Source: an uncultured Nitrospina sp.
GTDB taxonomy: Bacteria > Nitrospinota > Nitrospinia > Nitrospinales > VA-1
DNA length: 64,000 nucleotides
Assembly (NCBI GenBank): GCA_964510965.1
Contig: CAZECX010000003.1
Span: 9,670 to 73,669, forward strand
Direction: 5' to 3'
Part shown: positions 38,728 to 47,475 of the stretch, in pieces
Layout of the letters: the number at the start of each line of letters is the position of its first letter
Numbering within the stretch: position 1 is the stretch's first letter
Notes under the pieces: model-generated
Databases searched by the model: none
The model's input: the letters and a program-made list of their open reading frames with translations, nothing else
What the model was told of the DNA's origin: nothing
Made by a program: the position numbers and the translations under genes

Positions 38728-39717
38728 ATGCGAATGGTTCGTGCACCACTGAGAATCACACTAGGAGGAGGAGGCACCGACCTTCCTGGTTGGTATCAAA
38801 AACACGGGGGATTCCTGATTTGCGCAGCAATTAATAAATATATCTATGCTATAGGGTCCAGGCGTATCTACGATGACAAAATCTGGTTGAGCTACTCCAA
38901 GGTGGAAGTCTGTAATTCCATTGATGAAATAAAAAATGAACTGTTTAAAAAATGTCTGGAAAAATTCAATATCCCTAAAGGATTCGAACTGCATTCCATC
39001 TCTGAACTTCCTGGAAATACAGGTTGTGGCTCTTCGGGGGCTTTTCTTGTTGCAACGCTAAAATTATTAAGTCTGATGGAAAGGCGTATTCTGGTTACAA
39101 AGGAATTGGCTGAATTGGCCTGTCATATAGAGATGGTTGACCTAGGCCATTCTTCTGGCAAGCAAGATCAATATGCTTCTGCCTTTGGCGGGATCAATTC
39201 ATTGGAAATAAACAAAGAGGGGGAAGTGACCGTCACTCCGCTTGAATTAGACCACATCACAAAAAAACATTTGAACCACAACTTGATGTTTTATTTCAGC
39301 GGTGTTTCCCGTGAAGCAAATGAAATATTAAAAGAACAGAGCAAAGATATTGGCGGACGTAAAAAATCTGCTGTGGAAGCAATGCAAAGAATTCAGGAGA
39401 TCGGCTATGAGTCAAAAAAGAATCTGGAATCAGGTGATATAGATAGTTTCGGGAATTCACTCCATGAACATTGGGAGTTAAAAAAATCCATGTCAAATAT
39501 GATGTCCTCACCTTATATTGATGAAGTTTATCAATTTGCCAGAGATCATGGGGCTTTAGGAGGAAAGGTGATGGGGGCAGGTGGAGGTGGTTTCTTTATG
39601 TTCTACGTTCCTTCAGAAAAACATGACCATTTTCGCAGAAGTATGCAAAACCGCAATTTAACTGAAATGGATTGGCAGTTTGATTACTCCGGTGTAACCC
39701 AGGTTTATACGATCTAA
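38728..39717 (+). CDS. hddA: GHMP-family sugar kinase, D-glycero-D-manno-heptose 7-phosphate kinase-like
   Basis: The N-terminus VRAPLRITLGGGGTDLPGWYQKHGGFLICAAINKYIY and the GHMP motif PGNTGCGSSGAF match HddA-type kinases. The genomic context contains gmhA, gmhB and a nucleotidyltransferase. Confidence 0.65.
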   Translation: MRMVRAPLRITLGGGGTDLPGWYQKHGGFLICAAINKYIYAIGSRRIYDDKIWLSYSKVEVCNSIDEIKNELFKKCLEKFNIPKGFELHSISELPGNTGCGSSGAFLVATLKLLSLMERRILVTKELAELACHIEMVDLGHSSGKQDQYASAFGGINSLEINKEGEVTVTPLELDHITKKHLNHNLMFYFSGVSREANEILKEQSKDIGGRKKSAVEAMQRIQEIGYESKKNLESGDIDSFGNSLHEHWELKKSMSNMMSSPYIDEVYQFARDHGALGGKVMGAGGGGFFMFYVPSEKHDHFRRSMQNRNLTEMDWQFDYSGVTQVYTI

Positions 39718-39733
39718 TCCTCCCGGTAAAAAC

Positions 39734-40831
39734 ATGAAGAAAAAAGTAGGCATCATCGGAGGCGGTATCTTTGGTCTTTCCTGCGCCATGAACCTGGATA
39801 AGACTCATGATGTAACCGTATTCGATCAGGCATCGGACATTATGACCGGTGCTACCTACGCCAATCACAATCGCCATCATTTAGGCTACCATTATCCCCG
39901 AAGCCCTGAAACCGCCCAACAATGCATGGAAAGCCGTGAAGATTTTGAACGAATCTATAAGGCCTGTTGCTCAAACGATTATGCAAGCTATTACTGTGTC
40001 TCTAAGGAGGACACTAAAACTTCAGCTGAGGAATACGTCCGCTTTTGTGATGAGGTTGGGCTTAATTACAAGGAAGAATGGCCTCAGGAAGGAGTTCTTA
40101 ATAAATCCAGAATAGACCTATCGTTAAGAACAGAAGAAGGTGTCTACGATTTCGTAACATTAAAAAAGCTGGTTAAAGAAAGGATTGCAAAGACATCTAC
40201 CGTACAAATAAAACTTGATCATTGCGTTATAGATGGTTCCATAGAACCTGGAGGAGAAAAAAAACTCATCGTACAAAATGGTGAAAAACGCCATACCCAT
40301 AACTTCGACTTTGTCATCAATGCCATGTACGCCAATCACAATCGCTTTTGTGGCTGGTTTGGATTTAAAAAACGTCTGTTCCAATTTAATCTTCAAGAAT
40401 TATGCATCATTGATCTTCCGGTGGACAAACCCATCGGGATAACAATTCAAGATGGCCCCTTCCCCTCTTTCCTTCCATTGGGGTTTTCGAATAATCGTTG
40501 CCTCTTTGCACACGTGGAGGCATCGCAATTGATTCGAAATGTTTCCAAGGCAAATGAACGCCTGTTAAGCAGGGTTTTATATGTAGAATCAAACTGGCAC
40601 AATATTCGCAAGGTGAGCGAAAAATATGTGCCCTTGTTGAACAAATCTAATTATGTGAAATCCATTTTTGTGGACCGAATTGTTGACGCCAATCGGATGG
40701 AAACCGATGCACGCCTAACTGAATTAACATCGCATGGACAGGGATGCTGGTCCATGTTTGCCGCAAAAATAATTACTTGTGAATCGATGGCGAAAAAAAT
40801 CTCCGCTGAAATTCGAGGACACTCAGCATGA
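39734..40831 (+). CDS. FAD-dependent oxidoreductase (DAO-like)
   Basis: Dinucleotide-binding motif KVGIIGGGIFGLSCAMNL at the N-terminus. Confidence 0.65.
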   Translation: MKKKVGIIGGGIFGLSCAMNLDKTHDVTVFDQASDIMTGATYANHNRHHLGYHYPRSPETAQQCMESREDFERIYKACCSNDYASYYCVSKEDTKTSAEEYVRFCDEVGLNYKEEWPQEGVLNKSRIDLSLRTEEGVYDFVTLKKLVKERIAKTSTVQIKLDHCVIDGSIEPGGEKKLIVQNGEKRHTHNFDFVINAMYANHNRFCGWFGFKKRLFQFNLQELCIIDLPVDKPIGITIQDGPFPSFLPLGFSNNRCLFAHVEASQLIRNVSKANERLLSRVLYVESNWHNIRKVSEKYVPLLNKSNYVKSIFVDRIVDANRMETDARLTELTSHGQGCWSMFAAKIITCESMAKKISAEIRGHSA

Positions 40832-41712
40832 AAATCCTGCTAACGGGTGATGAAGGTTATGTTGGTTCTGGACTCAGTCGCTATCTAAAGCAAACCTATG
40901 AAGTTGTTGGTTGGAACAGCCAAAAGGATGTTCGCACATTAAAACCATCTATCCTCAAAGAATTAAATATTGAGGCCGTTGTAAACTGCGCCGCAATTAC
41001 AGATCGAGTCACTCCTCATTTCAAGATAGATTCTCCAACAGACTTGGTTAATGTCGGCGGCGCTAGAGCATTAGCTAGAGCTCTCAAAGATTCTAAAATC
41101 CCTCTGATTCACATCTCAACCAAAGATGTATTTGGAAAACTTTATACTTTGGACAACTTAATTGAAGAAGAAAAAGCCTATCGACCCAAATTCAGGGTAG
41201 ACGATGATCAGCCGTTTCAACCCGAATCCATTTACGCCAAATCAAAGCTAATGGCAGAGTTTATTCTTGAAGACCACCCTGAAACGGTGATAGTTCGACT
41301 AGGTTCTTGCTATACAGATTTCGACCACGAAAAAGGAAGCTGGATTGTTAAGGTGGCAAAAAGGATTCAGGCTGGCGAAACGGTAACAGTATCCCATAAT
41401 GGCAAACAATTTCGCGATTTGTTACACTCCGATGACCTGGGAAATCTGATTGAAATTATTTTAAAGTCCAATTGCTTTGGGGTAAAGCTCAATGCAGGTG
41501 GAGGGGAAGAAAATACGCTCTCCGTTCGCGAAGTAATCCATATGTATAATCCTGTAGCAAGGATCCTTGAATCTGATGACGATGGAGATTATGGTTTCGT
41601 ATTTAGCAACAAGCGAGTCGAAGAAATCTTTCAATGGCAACCGCAAATTCTCTTCACTGACCGGGCTGCAACCATTCTAGATAATATTAAAAAGGGTATA
41701 AGGGCAAACTGA
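40828..41712 (+). CDS. NAD-dependent epimerase/dehydratase-family protein
   Basis: KILLTGDEGYVGSGL and catalytic YAKSK. The start overlaps the upstream stop (ATGA). Confidence 0.7.
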   Translation: MKILLTGDEGYVGSGLSRYLKQTYEVVGWNSQKDVRTLKPSILKELNIEAVVNCAAITDRVTPHFKIDSPTDLVNVGGARALARALKDSKIPLIHISTKDVFGKLYTLDNLIEEEKAYRPKFRVDDDQPFQPESIYAKSKLMAEFILEDHPETVIVRLGSCYTDFDHEKGSWIVKVAKRIQAGETVTVSHNGKQFRDLLHSDDLGNLIEIILKSNCFGVKLNAGGGEENTLSVREVIHMYNPVARILESDDDGDYGFVFSNKRVEEIFQWQPQILFTDRAATILDNIKKGIRAN

Positions 41713-42410
41713 TGAAAGCCGTTTTACTGGCCGCTGGAAAAGGTGAGCGACTGGGAGAAGTAACTCTCGAGTTGCCAAAACCAATGGTGCCCATTAATGG
41801 AAAACCAGTGATCGAATGGAACGTCAACTTGTGCAAGCAGCACGGAATCAACGACCTTTTCATCAATCTGTACCACCTTCCAAAAATTATCACAGATTAT
41901 TTAGGAAATGGGGACAGGTTGGGCGTCACCATAACCTACGCTAATGAGGACCATCTATTAGGCACTGGCGGAGGGGTCAAGCAATTCTCCCGATCTCTGG
42001 AAGGCAAACCTTTTTTTGTCATCTATGCGGACAACTGGTCCGACTATGACCTTAGCGCCATGTATAAACATCACCAAGAAACAAAAGCAGAAATGACCAT
42101 CGCTCTTTTTCATCTCGACGAGGTAAATAACAGCGGAGTGGCAATTCTTGATCAGGAAGACCGGATTCTAAAATTCGTTGAAAAACCAGCAACTAGACCT
42201 CCTCCCAGCCATTGGGTCAATGCAGGAATTTACGTAATCGATTCACATCTACTATCTCGAATTCCTGATAGCCCTTGCGATTTTGGTCGAGAGGTAATCC
42301 CTGATTGGATAAAAGCGAACACCCGTATCATGGGTATTAAAATGAAAGAAAAAGTAATCCCAATCGACACACCAGACATGCTTAAGGCAGCAAAAATTAG
42401 AAAAAAATAA
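41712..42410 (+). CDS. hddC: Sugar-phosphate nucleotidyltransferase (heptose-1-phosphate guanylyltransferase-like)
   Basis: MKAVLLAAGKGERLGEVTLELPKPMVPINGKPVIEW is the NTP_transferase signature. The heptose specificity is inferred from neighbours only. The start overlaps the upstream stop by 1 nt. Confidence 0.55.
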   Translation: MKAVLLAAGKGERLGEVTLELPKPMVPINGKPVIEWNVNLCKQHGINDLFINLYHLPKIITDYLGNGDRLGVTITYANEDHLLGTGGGVKQFSRSLEGKPFFVIYADNWSDYDLSAMYKHHQETKAEMTIALFHLDEVNNSGVAILDQEDRILKFVEKPATRPPPSHWVNAGIYVIDSHLLSRIPDSPCDFGREVIPDWIKANTRIMGIKMKEKVIPIDTPDMLKAAKIRKK

Positions 42411-42525
42411 ACGTCTGGACACCAAAACCTCTCTAGGGCATACTCACCTTTCGAAAACTTTAAAGGCCAAGAAATTTTAATAGCTGATGTTCTTGAATCC
42501 TTTTATTTTCAAGAATTGAACCGAA

Positions 42526-43125
42526 ATGAATAAAGCAATCTTTTTGGACCGAGACGGCGTCGTTAATGAAATTGTGTTCCACGAAGATGTTGAAGTTTTA
42601 GATTCGCCGTTTAATATTCGTCAAGTGCGTATTATAAAAGGTGCTTTTGAAGCCATAGCTATTTTCAATCAGCTAGGATTCAAAGTACTTTTAGCAACAA
42701 ATCAACCGGGAGCCGCAAAAGGCAAGATGAACCTGGCCCGTATTGAAGAAATTAATCAGCATATAGTAAGTTTGGCATCTAATAATGGAGCGTCTATTGA
42801 TCAGGTTTATTGCTGCCCACATCACCCCATTGGTACTCCAGAAGGAGATCAAGGCCTGATTAAATCCTGCAATTGCCGCAAACCCGCCACAGGTCTTTTG
42901 TTGCAAGGGATTGAGGAACACCGGATAGATATAAACCACTCTTTCATGGTGGGAGACAGCATCTCCGACATTCAGGCAGGGAAAGCAGTTGGCTTGAAAA
43001 CGATTTTAGTTGGCGGCATGAAGTGCGATGCCCGAAGATTATATGAAGAAAAGGATTGCCTTCCTGATTCGGTTTTCCAGAGTTTGGCTCCCTTCGCGCA
43101 CTCTTTAAAATCTCAATGCAATTAA
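42526..43125 (+). CDS. gmhB: D-glycero-D-manno-heptose 1,7-bisphosphate phosphatase
   Basis: AIFLDRDGVVNE, LATNQPGAAKG, the zinc-site cysteines CCPHHP...CNCRKP, and MVGDSISDIQAG match GmhB. Confidence 0.8.
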   Translation: MNKAIFLDRDGVVNEIVFHEDVEVLDSPFNIRQVRIIKGAFEAIAIFNQLGFKVLLATNQPGAAKGKMNLARIEEINQHIVSLASNNGASIDQVYCCPHHPIGTPEGDQGLIKSCNCRKPATGLLLQGIEEHRIDINHSFMVGDSISDIQAGKAVGLKTILVGGMKCDARRLYEEKDCLPDSVFQSLAPFAHSLKSQCN

Positions 43126-43160
43126 CTCAATTTTTAATTTAAAGGAAGAAAAAAATATCG

Positions 43161-43889
43161 ATGAACGATGCAATTTTTAAACCTGACCGCCTCAAGATAA
43201 AATTATTTGCCGATGGAGCAAATATTGAAGATATGCAACGGTTGGCCATGAACCCCAGTATTCAAGGTTTGACCACCAACCCAACCCTTATGGCTCAGGC
43301 GGGAGTAAAAAATTATGAAAATTTTGCAAAGGAAGTGCTCTCATTTGTAAAGGATAAACCAATTTCATTCGAGGTTTTTTCAGATGATTTTGATGATATG
43401 GCGCGACAGGCCAATAAGATAGCGGGGTGGGGAGAAAATATATATGTCAAGATCCCTGTTACTAATACTAAAGGCGAATCTTCCGCATCTCTGGTAAAAC
43501 GTCTTGCATCTAATGGAGTCAAACTGAATGTTACGGCCCTCCTCACATTGGAACAGGTTAAGACAATACACAATGTTCTGTCGGCAGAAACTCCCGCCAT
43601 CGTTTCCGTTTTTGCCGGAAGAATTGCGGATACAGGCCGCGATCCAATTCCGATGATGATGGAAGCAAAGGAAATTCTCGCAGACCAGCCAAGTACAGAA
43701 TTACTTTGGGCAAGCCCCAGAGAAGTATTGAACGTAATTCAAGCCGACCAGTCGGGGTGCGACATCATAACGGCAACTCCAGGAATTCTTAATAAGCTCT
43801 CTAAATTTGATTATGACCTTGAAAAATTTTCTTTAGATACAGTGCGAATGTTTTTTAACGATGCCCAAAAAGCAAAATACACCTTATGA
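43161..43889 (+). CDS. Transaldolase / fructose-6-phosphate aldolase-family enzyme (short form)
   Basis: KLFADGANIEDM, GLTTNPTLM, Schiff-base lysine context YVKIPVT, NVTALLTLEQ and VFAGRIADTG. Confidence 0.75.
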   Translation: MNDAIFKPDRLKIKLFADGANIEDMQRLAMNPSIQGLTTNPTLMAQAGVKNYENFAKEVLSFVKDKPISFEVFSDDFDDMARQANKIAGWGENIYVKIPVTNTKGESSASLVKRLASNGVKLNVTALLTLEQVKTIHNVLSAETPAIVSVFAGRIADTGRDPIPMMMEAKEILADQPSTELLWASPREVLNVIQADQSGCDIITATPGILNKLSKFDYDLEKFSLDTVRMFFNDAQKAKYTL

Positions 43890-43902
43890 TATCGAAAAAA
43901 TT

Positions 43903-44481
43903 ATGAGCTTGGATTACGTAAATCAATACTTGAAAGAAACCGAGGAGATCATCCAAAACATTGATCGGGAGGCTATTGCAGGCGTTATCGACCTGCTTTC
44001 TGATTTAAAGCGATCGAAAGGGAGACTTTTTATTCTGGGTATTGGGGGAAGTGCGGGAAATGCTTCGCACGCAGTCAACGATTTTAGAAAAATCTGCCAA
44101 ATTGAAGCCTATGCCCCTACAGATAATGTTTCAGAGTTGACAGCCTGGACCAACGACGACAGCTTCGATGTGGTTTTCAAAAACTGGTTGCTCACCTCAA
44201 AACTTTCCGACAAAGACGCTCTGCTTATTTTTTCTGTTGGAGGAGGAAGTAAAAAAGCTTCTTACAATCTTGTACTGGCAATGGAAACTGCCAAGGAAGT
44301 TGGCGCTCGTGTCGTCTCTATTGTGAGTCGGGATGGAGGTGCGGCTAAAAAACTTTCAGATATTTGTATTCTGGTGCCAGTAATTGTTGATGAACGCATA
44401 ACCCCGCATGCTGAGGGGTGGCAGGGAGTTCTCTGGCATCTTATCGTAGGCGGAATTCGAGATCGTTTCCCCGACCGTTAA
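43903..44481 (+). CDS. gmhA: Phosphoheptose (sedoheptulose-7-phosphate) isomerase, SIS domain
   Basis: RLFILGIGGSAGNASHAVNDFRK and LLIFSVGGGS match GmhA. The ATG at 43903 gives the usual ~192 aa and avoids a 29-nt overlap. The ORF-track start is 43861. Confidence 0.75.
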   Translation: MSLDYVNQYLKETEEIIQNIDREAIAGVIDLLSDLKRSKGRLFILGIGGSAGNASHAVNDFRKICQIEAYAPTDNVSELTAWTNDDSFDVVFKNWLLTSKLSDKDALLIFSVGGGSKKASYNLVLAMETAKEVGARVVSIVSRDGGAAKKLSDICILVPVIVDERITPHAEGWQGVLWHLIVGGIRDRFPDR

Positions 44482-44508
44482 AAATATTTGTCTACATGCC
44501 TTTCTCTA

Positions 44509-46626
44509 TCAGGGTTTTGAAATATCATACAAAGTCAGCGAGGGATTGGAGTAGACCACCGGATAACCCTGTAAATTTTTATTTTCTGTTAAAAAATAAT
44601 TATATTTTGGATAATCCCGACGAATATTAACAATTTGTTCTTTTGTCAGATCCAGAAAATACCACCTTCCCGCAGGCCCCAACCCCTTATTTTGTACTCC
44701 TGATTCTATTTCCCAAGCATAAGGCCCGGCAACCGACCTAAGTCTGTGGAGACCGATTCCGTAATATCCTTTTATCGTATACATCATATGCTGATCATGT
44801 TTCCTATCCCAAAAACCTAAATTTTTAAAAAACAAAGCAAACGCCAACTTTAAATAAGGTGGTTGAATAACCCCCTTGTCAAAAGGAATATTCGTTTTAA
44901 CCCAGTCAGCGGCATCTAAAAAATGTTTTATTGGAATGTCGAATGACCGGTTATGAATCCCAGGTTTTGAATGAAAGCAACTAAACCAATAGGCATCATC
45001 CCCTCTGACTTTTTTCAATTTGCGGCTTTCTTTGATACTCATCGCAAAACGATTTTTAATAAGATGATTTAACAGGTTTAAATGGAGGGAATCGATATTT
45101 TGCAAAGGTGGGTTTTCTAAATTTCCTTTAAACTCATCATAAATTCCATTCAGTCTGGATAAAGCCTCCTGAAACCCCTTTTCATCCTTTACTTGAGTTG
45201 CCCTTGCAGCCATCCAAAAAAATTTATTGTACTCTGGAGTTACATCATCACAAATTTGCACATAATCCATTATTTTGAGAACAGGAATCGCCCCACTCCT
45301 CACATCAGAAACCTTTATCAATTTGCCATCTTTTTTTATTATAAAGATTGTTAAATTTATGCATAGAAAAAGAGCCATCGCAAAATGAAAAAAAACATTG
45401 GAGGAGATTCGCCTGGGCTTTTCAAGTCTTATCATTGTTCTATCTAAAAAAGTGGTCACGGCCAAAATGAGAGTAATCCAGAAACCAATCACAACCACCC
45501 ATATTAGATCCCAAAAACGGGTTAAGGTAATAGAGTGAGCTAAATCCAAAGGAAGCCAATCAATCAAGAAAGACTCGAATAAAAAACCAAATCCAAAAAA
45601 ACCTACCGCCACCATGGTGGCAATCTGCCATACGACCGCAAACTTCTTCCATGAACTAACATTAGACAATCTAATGATGATTTCACAAAAAACTCCCGTA
45701 GCAACTGCCAGGAATAAAAAACCAAAAAAAGGAAGGTTTTCCCCAAAATGGTAATAAATCAGCCAGTCGTCCGGTTCGTTTTTAATCAACCATGCCAATT
45801 GACTTAAAATAGGCTGGCTTCGTGGAAGGTCCAGAGTATCGAAAAAGTGCATACTTGAATGGATATGCCTGAAAGTCATTACAAATAAAATTCCCCAACC
45901 AATCACAAAAGAAGCAATATTTCTCCAGGTAATATCGTTCTGCGATAAACACAATCTACGAGAACCCCAAAATTTCCACAGCATTAAAGACAATAATAGT
46001 AGCCAAAAAAATCGGAATCCAAATTTAATATGAAAAAATGTTACCAATCCAATCAATACTCCAGAAATCAGGAAACGTCTTTTGACCATAAAAAATATAC
46101 CCAGGCTAGATAAAGGAATGATGGGAGCCCAAAAAATATAGTATTGAAAACCAAAATAGGGGGACGGACTTAACAAGGGAATATCCAGAAGTTTTCCGGT
46201 GAGAAGATTCCCTGCAAATAAGGGAAAAAGGGTCATTGTCATGGATTGGTATTCTGTAAAGCTACCCAACCTGATTAAGGCAAATACTCCGCCTATTGTC
46301 AGGGCCCAAAAGGCTATGGCAGAAAATACGTGAAACCAGGCACTGAATAATAACGGAGCGGGGACTACACTGTGCCCTGGTGGCACATATTTTTTTTGGG
46401 AAAAAAGAGGATGGATTTGCCCAAACAGGTTCTCAGAAGCGGTAACGACATCAGAGAATGGAAGAGCAAGGTTAATGACACTTTCATAGGGGTCGAGAAC
46501 GAATTGTTTTCGACCCGCCATTGCGGCTCCCAATAATAAAATTAATATAAAAGTTGCCAGTTTTTGTACAGTCTTGCTACTGAGAAAGCTGGAAGGTTTA
46601 TTGATTTGATTTTTAGCATTCATCAA
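44509..46626 (-). CDS. Large polytopic membrane protein with C-terminal soluble domain (possible GT-C-type glycosyltransferase/polymerase)
   Basis: 705-aa ORF with about 11 hydrophobic helices by eye in the first ~430 aa, then a ~270-aa hydrophilic domain. No named family is recognised. Confidence 0.35.
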   Translation of the reverse strand: MMNAKNQINKPSSFLSSKTVQKLATFILILLLGAAMAGRKQFVLDPYESVINLALPFSDVVTASENLFGQIHPLFSQKKYVPPGHSVVPAPLLFSAWFHVFSAIAFWALTIGGVFALIRLGSFTEYQSMTMTLFPLFAGNLLTGKLLDIPLLSPSPYFGFQYYIFWAPIIPLSSLGIFFMVKRRFLISGVLIGLVTFFHIKFGFRFFWLLLLSLMLWKFWGSRRLCLSQNDITWRNIASFVIGWGILFVMTFRHIHSSMHFFDTLDLPRSQPILSQLAWLIKNEPDDWLIYYHFGENLPFFGFLFLAVATGVFCEIIIRLSNVSSWKKFAVVWQIATMVAVGFFGFGFLFESFLIDWLPLDLAHSITLTRFWDLIWVVVIGFWITLILAVTTFLDRTMIRLEKPRRISSNVFFHFAMALFLCINLTIFIIKKDGKLIKVSDVRSGAIPVLKIMDYVQICDDVTPEYNKFFWMAARATQVKDEKGFQEALSRLNGIYDEFKGNLENPPLQNIDSLHLNLLNHLIKNRFAMSIKESRKLKKVRGDDAYWFSCFHSKPGIHNRSFDIPIKHFLDAADWVKTNIPFDKGVIQPPYLKLAFALFFKNLGFWDRKHDQHMMYTIKGYYGIGLHRLRSVAGPYAWEIESGVQNKGLGPAGRWYFLDLTKEQIVNIRRDYPKYNYFLTENKNLQGYPVVYSNPSLTLYDISKP

Positions 46627-46710
46627 TATGTTTCTCTATTATCTGAAAAATGGCGTGGTTGAGAAAAGCGTTCACAGAGGGAGAGCCATGGTTTCTCGGT
46701 TAAGATAAGT

Positions 46711-47170
46711 TTGCTTAAGAACTTATTTAGCTTAAAGAAGAATCTTATGACTCAAGATCAATACATTATCAAAAGAAAACAGAATATTCTAGAATTCGGT
46801 GAAACGCAAAGTGATATCTCGGAAGCTTGCCGCAAATTAGACGTATCCCGGCAGCATCATTATGATATTAATTGGACTTTGCAAAAAGAGGGCCTGGAGG
46901 GAGGATTCCTTGAATAGTTCCGTATGTAGTGGCTTGAGAAATAGTCCGCCGAGATCGAAACACAGCATCCAGGTTTCCTTAAAGAGGTCTACGCCTCAAT
47001 GGAAAATCTAAAAGGATCTGGAGGATTACATGCGATACTTCAACAAGGTAAAGATAAATCAGTGAAAGCCCTTTCAGCGAAGAATACCTGTGCAGATCTT
47101 TCTGGATAAAAAGTCACTTAATCAACAATATTTTTTTGAAAACTCAAGTGACGAAAAAGAAGCCGCTTAA
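46711..47170 (+). pseudogene. Degraded DDE transposase (IS481/IS3-superfamily-like) remnant
   Basis: Three pieces lie in different frames, interrupted by stops. The first is an N-terminal HTH (ISEACRKLDVSRQHHYDINWTLQKEGLEG). The second is a short EIETQHPGFL segment. The third is a C-terminal end (LEDYMRYFN ... RIPVQIFLD) like the YN-x-ERPH ... KTPMQTFLD tails of such transposases. Most of the catalytic core is missing. Confidence 0.6.
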
Positions 47171-47475
47171 AATCGTGTAAAATATCTTGGTCGGGAAACA
47201 AACTGTAAAGGCGAACCGCTTCGACCGTAAGTTAGGATTTCCACCAAGCGTGCCCTACAAGCAACTTAGATGCTTCAACTTTTAACCAGACACGAGTGTT
47301 TATTTAGTTTAGATAATTAAAAATATTGATTTTCCCTATTTACTCTCGTAAAGTCCCTTATTAGAGTATTACGAAAAAAATTTAAATCCTGACTTTACAA
47401 GCACATTACAGGTGTAGCGAAACTGCCAGCAAATGATTTAGGATATCCCTTTTTTAAACTACAAGATGTGATGTA

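Noticed and set aside
46920-47475. tRNA-like or attachment-site sequence next to the transposase remnant (for example around 47210-47250, GGCGAACCGCTTCGACC).
   Set aside because: No cloverleaf arms, T-loop consensus (GGTTCGAATCC-type) or CCA-proximal acceptor stem could be built by eye.
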